Shown one piece after another: positions 37,816 through 48,196 of a stretch of 64,000 nt of DNA. The DNA comes from Tubulanus polymorphus (taxonomy: Eukaryota > Animalia > Nemertea): positions 16,232,275-16,296,274 of the forward strand of contig NC_134032.1 of assembly GCF_964204645.1 (NCBI RefSeq). Reading direction: 5' to 3'. The notes below the pieces were generated by a model. The model saw only the letters and a list, made by a program, of their open reading frames with translations, was not told where the DNA came from and did no database searches. How positions within the stretch are numbered: position 1 is the first letter of the stretch; each line of letters begins with the position of its first letter. Both the position numbers and the translations under genes were made by a program.

Positions 37816-40190
37816 TCCTAACGCGTAATAACTGTTATTTCCCATGACCTATAGTTTAACGAGTGACAATACCACGGGTTACTCACGTGGGCGATACAAC
37901 GGGAGTGAGCTCGGTAGAAAAAAACGCCCACAGATAACACAATTCACGGTGATATTTTTTCCTAAGAAGTCAAAAGCTCGCTCGCGTGTATTCTCATATT
38001 TTGACTGGAGACGCAACCGTTTATAGAAATATGTGGTTTTCTAACGTGTGTTCATTGTCCCCCGGTCAAACGCGTTGCGAAAGTCGTCAAAAAACTGATT
38101 CCCGGATTTAGCGTCGCTTCGACAAACAAACAACAATCCGTTTCCTCCAACTGTTCGTTACTAGACGGAAGTCGTATTTCGAACTGCGCAATTTTCAAAT
38201 TAACGCTCAATAGAGTCTCGTGATTATAGTCGCTTTCAAATTTACCGAACCGTACAAAACGACGATGATTCAGTTTTATTTATCAAAAAGCACGAAAATA
38301 AATCATCAATTCTAGGTCTATTCGCATTCTACCTATTGTCAAACTATTGGTCAGAATTACAGGGAGCAATTTACCCCTCCCCCCGGGACTGGTTCCATCC
38401 TACTGAACGCTCGACTTTGGAACTCTGTAATCGCCTCAGCTTGCACCATTAGCTTATGCTTTCGGACATTGTATTATCATCATTACAATTCGAAAACTGA
38501 TCGTCTGCTCTTGAGGAAGGGGTGGGGAGTGTTAGCATGATGATTTCAGTCTGTTGATTCATTGTGATGGGTTGAACCCGATTTACAACAACAATGGAAC
38601 ATAGTTTATAAAACTATCTACAACAATGAGACATGTTTCTATAAATGTTTTTCTGATAATGTAACGGTCGTAAGTCGTCGTTATCGTTACGTAACGATTA
38701 AACGGGACCTAATGGATGATTAGTAACCAAGAAACCACTTAACAATCAAAGTCAATTGATCGCTGCGTTCGTTCTAAACAGCGTGACGTCCACTATTACG
38801 TCAGAGAATGATTAATTAACGGCCAGTGCTCGAAGGGTTTCCATAATCTTCACCCGTTGACGTCTTGTCAAATCTTTGGATTTACCCAACTCCTGAAGTC
38901 AACAGAATGGATTTTCTGTTTAACAGGTCCAGTTCGAAACTCCTAATAGTGGGTAATTCGATTCATGAAACCATAGCAATAACGGATGCGTTATTTTGAA
39001 TGAAATACCGGTCGTTATTGTTGAATTATTTCCCATCAGTCACTGGTTTAAATTATCGACTCAAATATGAAAATGTTAATAAGTAAATCCAATTATCGCA
39101 GGTTTTAATGGATGTTGTTTACCAGGCAGACGATCAAACTGATGAATATGTTTTTATGTATGATGGCTTGTATACAGAGTGGATTTGGTCTGGGGGCCCC
39201 GGGGCTTCATTCAGCTGTTCACACTGACCATAAACCCTCGAGCACAAACCCCTGCGGCCCAAACCCTCATTCATTACCGACTTGCCCTAGGGCAATGTCC
39301 ATTAACCACAGGTCCCATCCTATTGTCGTCTAGATTGCGTCTTGTTTGCTTTGTAAAGTCCGCGAGAAAGATGTTGTCTTTTCACCGGCTGACCACCGCA
39401 TTGTTGCATTCAACGTTTCGTCAATCGGCTTTTGTCTCCTTCCGGTACGGTTAACTCTAACGATCGGATCGGACGGCGAAACGACGAGAGATAAGGGTTT
39501 CATTTTCCCGTCTCGATTTCTGCCCACGAGCATCAGAAGGCCACCGGGCGATTCAACCCCCGGATATCCGGCGCTGTCTTCAGTCATTTATCAATCTTGC
39601 GTAAAATGAGATAAGCCAGACGGTACAGAGACATCTGCTGCCCCCTAGCGGGATAGTTGGATACTATTGGGTTTGCGCGATGCCAGTCCGTCCAGAAATA
39701 GTCAGGCATACCGAGACTCGGTGGCCATACGGTGTTGAGTTTTGGACTCGTAAAAGTTCATGATTTGACGCTGAGGTTTTAAAGTAGGTAAAATAGAATA
39801 AACGAATATCACATATCCAAGGAAACCGATCATTGTATTCAAATTACTAGAATTTGTTGAGAGAGTTTTAACAAAAGACTAAATTGATTAAAAGCCGCGC
39901 ATATGGAACTGACTGTCGTGGCACGTGATTCAAACCAGCACTAATCTGTTTGCTGTAAATATTTATCGAGGACCGGATTTTAAACCGAATTCAAACATGG
40001 GTTTGTCAGCGGCATCGCAATCAAAATAGCCCAGAGAGATGGGTGAGGCCCAGACAGCCCCAGGGCTGATGCATTGACGAGTAAAATCCAGTCAGGGAGT
40101 GATGTATTATTAGGTCCATCCTTGAAGAATTCTACCCAACTTTCACTGTATCTGACAATGTAGATAGGGTCAGTCCAGTTAAATATAAAT

Positions 40191-40340
40191 GGTTCGAACC
40201 CGGGACATCCCTCTCATCATCTATACAACATCAGGAGTAATCAGAATCGGTAATTACTGGGTTCGAACCCGGGGCACATGTTATTCTCTGTTCAGCATCA
40301 GGAGCGTATAGTGTCAGTAATAACCGGGTTCGAACCCGCT
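40191..40340 (+). repeat. ~68-bp tandem repeat containing a Pol III B-box (family D)
   Basis: GGTTCGAACCC at 40191, 40260 and 40327; same unit at 43660-43860 and inverted at 44060-44131. Confidence 0.75.
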
Positions 40341-40867
40341 GTTTCGTTGAAGAAAGTAACGAGAAATTGACAACAAAAAGTTACCTAAATTTATTTTATC
40401 TAAATTTTACGCAAATTATGGATGGGAGAAAGGTAATCGTTTATTGCGTCATACAGTCCCTCCGGATGCGAGCAGGTGCGCCGGCGCAGACGTCGTTTAT
40501 TGGTTCACGATCAATATTTGAGCGGAATTTCAATACGGTCACAAAATATCGATTTGACGCGAATCTCACGCATTGTAAATTGTTACAATGCGCCGCAAAC
40601 AAACTGTATCGTTCACTAATCTACCTGTAAACAATGTCTGTAATCCTCGAATTGTTGAGAAGAGTAAAATGAATTGTTAATAATAGTCGTGTAGTAAATT
40701 AAAGACAGGATTAGTGATTGTATGGGTTTAGTTTAATCGACGGTCAGTGTGACGTAAGAGAGAGAGATAATCCTTCTACGTGAGATAATCCTGTATTTAC
40801 CCGACGTTAATCGATGATATTTAGTTTAATAAGCGTTTCATTATTATCCGCGACAAGTTGTCCCACT

Positions 40868-41337
40868 GGAGCTGCCCTAAACCACGGTATCTGATATAGC
40901 ACCGGAGCTGCCCTAAACCCCGGTATCTGATATAACACCGGAGCTGCCCTAAGCCCCGGTATCTGATATAACACCTGAGTTGCCCTAAACCCAGGTATCT
41001 GCCCTAAACCCGATACCCAATATAGCACCACAGTTGCCCCAAATTCCGGCAACATGAGACACAACTCACTGGGTAAGGGTTAGATCTTAATCTCGATGAA
41101 CCTCCCTGCTGTGTGCGCGCATTGTGTTTGAATTATGGATCGATAATTACCGGCGGGAGCTGCGCAGACGGCTTCAGAAACCGTTGTCACATTTTCAAGG
41201 GCAAATGGAGTCTATATAATTATTGATTATGGACCAAGGTATTTCTGTTCTTTCTTTTCTTAATCGCGATCGAAATCTCAACTCGACCGCGATCGAAATC
41301 TCAACTCGACCGCGATCGAAATCTCAACTCGACCGCA
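40868..41337. repeat. 36-bp repeat x~4 (40868-41045) and 23-bp repeat x3 (41265-41337)
   Basis: accggagctgccctaaaccccggtatctgatata..; cgcgatcgaaatctcaactcgac. Confidence 0.88.
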
Positions 41338-42219
41338 ATGAACTGACTATAGTTAATTCAATAACAGGTTTAGACTGCGTTCATCAAAGGGGAATTAATC
41401 AGACCCGACTGAGGTATAGCTATTAATTAATATCAATGATGACCAGTGCGCGGGCAGCTCCACAGCTGTTTGCTCTATAATTGCTATTGTTGTCCACCTT
41501 CCCCTGATCTAACGATTACTTTGATATAATTGTTCACCTTCCCCTGAATCGCGGCGCCTTTCACTAATATAGTAGTATCACGTGACAGTATCGACCTTCC
41601 TGGCGCCATATTAGATAACTACACTAATCCCTTATAGACAGTTCAGTATTTCATGAAATCTACAAATCTGATATTATTAGTGAGATATCACATTTCTAGA
41701 AAATCTACAAATCTGATATTACTAGTGAGATATCAAATTTCATGAAATCCCTCATAACTGACATTACAAGATTTCACAGAAACTAATGTGATTCACCCAA
41801 AGATCACCAGAGGGCACTTTGAACCTCCGGTTTACGCGTTATCACTATATCATGACCACTGATGGGTCGAGATATTAGATGATTTTTGAGATTATGTAGT
41901 TCACCTACATACCACTAGGAGGCTGTTTTCTAAATAGGGATTAACCCTGTTATTTATCTAGTATTTCTAAGAGGCCAATCGAACCCAAGAATGCGTGGGG
42001 AATGGACAGTGCGTTAAAGCCCGAAACCCACAACATCTCGTCTGCGACCCGAACCGTCTGTGAAACATATAGCGCTCACCAGGGGGCGTAACTAACTACC
42101 GACCCCGCAGGTCATTAGAATACGATCCACAGTCAAGTGAACATCGTTAATTATTAGCTGCAGTGAATTGAACACTTTCACTGAGAGCGCGCGGACAGCA
42201 GTGAGATTCTCACATTGGC

Positions 42220-42703
42220 CTCCTCTCTCTCTACCTCCTCTCTCTACCTCTCCCTCCTCTCTCTACCCCTCCCTCTCCCCCTCTCTCTCCCTCCTCTCTC
42301 CCCCTCTCTCTCTACCTCCTCTCTCTCCTCTCTCTACCTCTCCCTCCACTCTCCCCCTCTCCCTCCTCTCTCTACCTCCTCTCTCTCCCTCTCCCTCCTC
42401 TCTCTCTTCCCCTCCCTCCTTTCTCTCCCCCTCTCCCTCCTCTCCCCCTCTCTCTCCCTCCTCTCTCCCCCTCTCCCTCTCTCCCTCCTCTCTCCCCCTC
42501 TCCCTCCTCTCTCCTCTCCCTCCTCTCTCTCCCCTCTCTCCCCTCCCCCTCTCCCTCCTCTCTCTCTACCTCCTCTCTCTCCTCTCCCTCCTCTCTCTCC
42601 TCTCTCTCTCCCCTCTACCTCCTCTCTCCCTCCTCTCTCTACCTCTTCCTCCTCTCTCCCCCTCTCCCTCCTCTCTCTCCTCTCTCTCTCCCCTTCTCTC
42701 TCC
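42220..42703. repeat. C/T-rich low-complexity polypyrimidine tract
   Basis: About 480 bp, almost exclusively C and T. Confidence 0.97.
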
Positions 42704-43859
42704 TAAATATTATAAGTGATTCTAGACCTCAAATCTGGTTTCACTGTTTCAGTCAGCGCGTGTGTCTCCGTGTGGTACAGCACGTGCACGTGCTGTGAGA
42801 CACGTGCTGCACGTGCTAGTCTGACCGCTATGTCACACGACTGACCGACGTCCGTCCACGCGTCCGTCCACACGTCCGTCCACACGTCCAATCTCATCCA
42901 AGCTGAAACAATCAAAGTTATAAATGAAATCGATTGAATGAATGTATTTATAATATGTCTCTTATTCATACACGGTTTGTCTGCTAATGGTCATTAGCCG
43001 CCCCCTGTCGGAGAGGGGGGAGAGGGGGGAGGGGGTCTTTGTGCCACGATCTACTGATGATATCCATTAGTTTAGAAATCTTTTGATCAGGATGACACAA
43101 AAGCCCCCGCATTTTAATTAAGTAAGAATATTTGAAATTAACCGGAATAGAACTGTTCAACTGCGTTTCTGGGTCACAACTGCCAAATTGGACCCAGAAA
43201 TGTAAAAATGTGCCCAAAACTACAGTCCTTGGTCCAAAACTGCTGTATCTGATGCAGAATTGAAAAATTCGGTCCAAAAACAACGAAATTGGGCCTAGAT
43301 CCCGATCACGAACCGGACCGCGCCCGGAAATAAAAACACGTGAGAAGAAAACCAGACCGTGAAAAACAGGAAACAGAGATTTAATATTTCATCATTGATC
43401 GCTGTTTATAATTGGACGATCGATCACACACCGTAATAACAGCAGCCGGTGACAGTCACAGGCAGGCGTCGCGGGGGGTCGCGGCTTATTGTCAAAAAGC
43501 CACAGCATTAGACATGATTACCGGGTGAGCGATTGTAGTGTTACTCCTGTATAGCGCGGTACAGTTATATTCATTGTTTCAGTTAAACCATCTTGCGTTA
43601 GTCTCAGCATCCAGACAACCTCTCAACCTCTCAACCTCCCTCACTACCCTCCTCGCCTTTACATCGTCTATTCAGCATCAGCAAACTCTTAATTAGTATC
43701 AGTAATTACTGGGTTCGAGCCCGGGACACCCCTGTACATCCTCCATACAGCATCAGGACCTGATGCCGAATAGGACATGTACAGGGGTTCGAACCCGGTC
43801 TATTGACACTGTTTCTTAGCGGTTATGATGCTGATTAAAGGATGTACACGGGTGTCTCG

Positions 43860-44037
43860 ACCGTACGGTGCTGCCGCTATGCTCATCGTTAGCGGGTTTT
43901 TCATACACTAACGTAAGTCAACTCTGGCAATCGACGTGCTCTCCAGTAATACTCCGTAACCCTTGCTTGCCAGAGTTGACTAACGTTAGTGTATGAAAAT
44001 CACGCTAACAATGAGCATAGCGGCAGCACCGTACGGT
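43860..44037. repeat. Foldback: 71-bp inverted repeat with a 36-bp spacer
   Basis: Arms 43860-43930 and 43967-44037, 4 mismatches. Confidence 0.92.
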
Positions 44038-44162
44038 GAAATGTTAATATCTTAATAACGTTATTACTGACACTGGTCCTGATGCTGAATAGAGGATGTA
44101 CAGGGGTGTCCCGGGTACGAACCCAGTAATTGAATTAGAATAGACCTGATTTGTCCATAAAA

Positions 44163-44254
44163 ACCTAGGAATTTCGAATATATTTTTAAGATACCAAATT
44201 CCTCGTCTAAACTAAACTCGCCCCTAGTGGTTTATAAAGACGACTGACACCTCT

Positions 44255-44292
<38 letters not shown>
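44163..44292. repeat. Interspersed repeat family E ending in (TTTC)n; second copy at 59248-59385
   Basis: Near-identical accta(g/a)gaatttcgaatatatttttaagat..aaattcctcgt.taaactaaactcgcccctagtggtttataaa.acgactgacacctc + (tttc)n. Confidence 0.85.
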
Positions 44293-44293
<1 letters not shown>

Positions 44294-45056
44294 GTTTTGA
44301 AACTCATCTATATAAAACTGTTTCAAATAACAGATAACTCTTTCGTCTTCGGTATTCGGTATTTCTAATTCATATCATTTTAAAGTGTAAATCATCATTT
44401 GGATAAAGTCGTCACATGACTGAAGTCATTTCTATTTTTGAGTCCCAATTTATATTTCTAATACTAAATGTAAATCGTCATTTGTAAAAACAGATTCCTA
44501 CGACTTTCACTCAAAGAACCGTTTTACTCTTTACATTTGAATAAGTCGATTTTGCTGCAGTCGCCAAGAACCGTCAAAGATCTCACGTGTTTTACTGTAA
44601 TGAGTCCATTTTTTAGTTTTATAAATTTCAAACATTCACGAATAATCGACGAACTAATGAGCTACGTCACGTAGCTGAAGTTGTTATTGTTGACGTCGTC
44701 TGCGGCGTACTTGCTCGTCTGTTGCGCGACCGTTGTTGCCGGTGACTACGAGAATCCGATTGCCGACGAAGATGTAAGTGAAAAGAACCATTGTTGAATT
44801 TGTTTATTCGAACTCTGCCATGGTAACCGAAAATCCATAAACCACAGGGGCTCGTGTCTGGGTACAGCCTGGATTTAACAGATTATCATGCTTGCAGTAA
44901 CAGCACCTCTGATACGAGCCCTTGTGATATCAAACCACATTTTCTAATGAGTAGAATTGGTTAATTAGTAGGTTCCGAATTTTCTAATTAGTAAAAACGG
45001 TGCACTCGACGTTTTCGGATCATATCGCCCTCTACAGGTGGCAAATCAAAGGAATA

Positions 45057-45259
45057 GAACTATAACCACACTCAAACGTGGTGAACGGATAATAAGATAA
45101 AATCCCACTATTTACAGATTAAAAGAATTTAATTTCAGGACCTGACGATGATCTCTAGGGTGAGATCGAAACGTCGTATCTTTTATATATTTTTGATTGA
45201 ATAAATAAATTCTGGTTTTTAAATTCTTTTAATCTGTAAATAGTGGGATTTTATCTTAG
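45057..45259. mobile_element. Penelope-like retroelement fragment with inverted terminal segment and minimal hammerhead-like core
   Basis: 12-bp flanking direct repeat ATCAAAGGAATA (45045-45056, 45260-45271); perfect 40-bp IR 45093-45132 / 45219-45258; CTGACGA-T-GATCTC(taggg t)GAGATC-GAAA-CGTC at 45142-45175. Confidence 0.65.
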
Positions 45260-45495
45260 ATCAAAGGAATATTTTAACTACGTACAAGACGCTACTCTGT
45301 CAGATTACAAGTGCTACATTTCAAGAAAAGACAAGTTTGTAATAACTAATTAATTATTTGAATACGAACTAATTATTTGTAAATATTTCATTTTCCTCTT
45401 TTGTTGCAATAACAACCACGACAGCTGTCTGAACTATCGATCCGATAGATGGCGAACTAGTCGATGAGTGATCTGTGTATCCGTTCTTGTTTCAG

Positions 45496-45673
45496 TCTCA
45501 GTTGAGTGAATGTGATTTGAAGAACTACGTGTGCCGTACATTGATGAGAATATCGAGAGATGAAACAGATTCAGAAACGAGCGAAGATCAAGAGAATTGT
45601 AAATGTGAAATGTGTTCCTCGATTTGGGATGAATCCGACGGCTATTCCTTAACGTGGACCTCCTACGAAAGAC
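45496..45673 (+). other. Isolated exon-like segment (acidic stretch + CxCxxC...W), possibly a gene or transposase fragment
   Basis: ttcttgtttcag acceptor and gtaagt donor; open frame SQLSECDLKNYVCRTLMRISRDETDSETSEDQENCKCEMCSSIWDESDGYSLTWTSYER; no partner exons established. Confidence 0.25.
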
Positions 45674-45811
45674 GTAAGTTGAAGTCTTAAGATTTCAGAG
45701 ATAACTCACTTACCAGGGCTTGGGATGGGGATTGTCATTGATTGACTTGACCAGTATCCAGTAAGAAGGGGTTTAAAAAAATCCTTAGCCAGTGCCCAGT
45801 ACATCAAACAC

Positions 45812-46015
45812 CAGAGGCCAGTTCCAAACGTACCCTTAAATCTTAAAACTGGTCTTAAGTTGTTAGATTGGCTATAGAACTAAGTTGGTCTTAGACTGGT
45901 CATATAAGTCTAAGACAAAGACCAAAAGTTAGTTCTGTAGAAAATCAAACAACTTAAGATCGGTCTTAAAGATTTAAAACCACGGACTTAAGTCACGACT
46001 GTGAAACTGGCCCCA
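45812..46015. mobile_element. MITE (family B)
   Basis: cag|aggccagtt...aactggccc|cag; same internal ttgttagattggctatagaactaagttggtcttagactggtc. Confidence 0.75.
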
Positions 46016-46575
46016 GTGACCAATTGCCCAAACATTGATTGAACAATGGATTCTGGAGTCCATGGTCAAAGTTTAGCGGTGGACAGTTCATTAAGTGACA
46101 ATTGAAATTGAATTGTTACTATTATTGTCGACCCGTTAATTCTAAAACAATGTTTGAACAACTGGCTCCAAAACGACACAAATATATATCAAACAAAACG
46201 ACTGTTATTGTTATATTCAAATTCTGAGGTCAAGTAAATATGATTCTTTTCATTTGTTAGTCTTTGCTTATACAATATAACAATATACAAATACTTGAAA
46301 ATACTGTGAAAATAGATATATACACACTATATGGTGCTCTGGCAGTCGAGGAATTCCAAAATTCAAACTATATTTTCGTTTATATCAGAGTTCTTGAAAT
46401 TCATTACATTTCGTAAAGTTACATTTATACAACACAGCAGCCACTGTAGATTCCTGACCTCTACTACAATGTAGTTATCATCTGAAGAGTTTCTGATATC
46501 TGTGACAAAGTCGTCATCTTATAGAGTTTCTGTGACAGTGTAGTCATCTTCTTGTAGCATTCCTGACATCTGAGC

Positions 46576-48196
46576 TTAGTCCATTGTTCCATTATCATCT
46601 ATATAACATAAAGAAAAGATAAAAAATAAATTCGAGCGTTGAGTTCATAATATAAGCGCGTGAATCCAGGAAAGGTTGCTTATGACAACCTAGGTTAGTA
46701 TCCGCCCCTGAAACCCAACCTTACTTTTCCCTATACTGAAAACTTTTGAAAGGTTGGGTCCGACCCACACCATCAACCTGTCTCTCTGAGCCCACGGCTT
46801 ACATACATGTAACCGGCGATGTTTATGGGGGACCTCACTTTCTCTTTTGGTACTACATTATTTTTGTGTCGTGCCCTACGCATCTACTAACCTAATTGTG
46901 GTCTTATGCCATCTGCAACAACGTAGGTATCTTCTGGAGGGTTCCTGACATCTGGAACAATGTAGGTATCTTCTGGAGTGTTTCTGATATCTGGGACAAC
47001 GTAGGTATCTTCTGGGGGGTTTCTGACACCTGCGTCAACGACGAAATCATCTTCTGAAGAGTTTCTTGCATCTGGAACAATGTAGGTATCTTCAGGAGTG
47101 TTCCTGACACCTGCGACAACGACGTAGTCATCTTCTGGAGGATTACTGACACCTGCGACAACGACGTAGTCATCTTCTGTAGAGTTTCTTGCATCTGGAA
47201 CAATGTAGGTATCTTCAGGAGTGTTCCTGACACCTGCGACAACGACGTAGTCATCTTCTGGAGGATTCCTGACACCTGCGACAACGACGTAGTCATCTTC
47301 TGTTGAGTTTCTTGCATCTGGAACAATGTAGGTATCTTCAGGGGGATTCCTGACACCTGCGACAACGTAGGTATCTTCTGTAGAGTACCTAACATCTGGG
47401 CCAACGTAGTCATCTTCTGGAGAGATCCTGTCGTCAGCTGAAGTAGTTGTTGGCTGAAAATAAATCGGTAAACAATTAGGCCTAATAATATATTCGCAAA
47501 TTAAAAAAATTGAAAACAATAGAAATGTATTATTTATATTGACAAACCTTAAGTGCAACAATGTAGGTATCTTCTGGAGGGTTCCGGACACCTGTGAAAA
47601 TGTAGGTATCTTCTGGAGGGTTCATGACATCTGGGCCAACGTAGTCATCTTCTGGAGGGTTCCGGACACCTGCGACAATGTAGGTATCTTCTGGAGGGTT
47701 CCTGACACCTGCGACAATGTAGGTATCTTCTGGAGGGTTCATGACATCTGGGCCAACGTAGTCATCTTCTGGAGGGTTTCTGACACCCGCGACAAGGTTG
47801 TCATCTACGTCATCATCTGTAGAGTTCCATACATCTACGTCATCATCTGTAGAGTTCCATGCATCTACGTCATCATCTGTAGCGTTCCGTACATCTACGT
47901 CATCATCTGTAGCGTTCCGTACATCTACGTCATCATCTGTAACGTTCCTGACACCTGCGACAACGACATCTACAATATCTACATCATCGTAGATTTCACC
48001 GTCATCTATGTCTTCGTAGATACCGTCCTGTGTTGTGTAGATCCTACCACCAACTCCAGAAGACGAAGGCTGAAAATAAATCGGTTAAACAATTTACAAA
48101 ATATTCACAAATAAAATAAAATTTAAAAACCAATGTTAATGTATCTATATTAACGAACCTGATAGTACATTGCCCCTGGATCGGTCGTGTTGTTAC
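46576..48196 (-). CDS. Cytoplasmic tail exons (acidic, repeated RNPPED[D/T]Y[I/V]V units)
   Basis: Exons 48196-48159 (GNNTTDPGAMYYQ), 48069-47548, 47453-46892 and 46598-46576 (DDNGTMD*). Alternatively the frame ends at TAG 46887-46889 if the last intron is retained. Confidence 0.75.

Noticed and set aside
47539-48114. 191-aa plus-strand ORF
   Set aside because: Antisense shadow of the repetitive tail exon.
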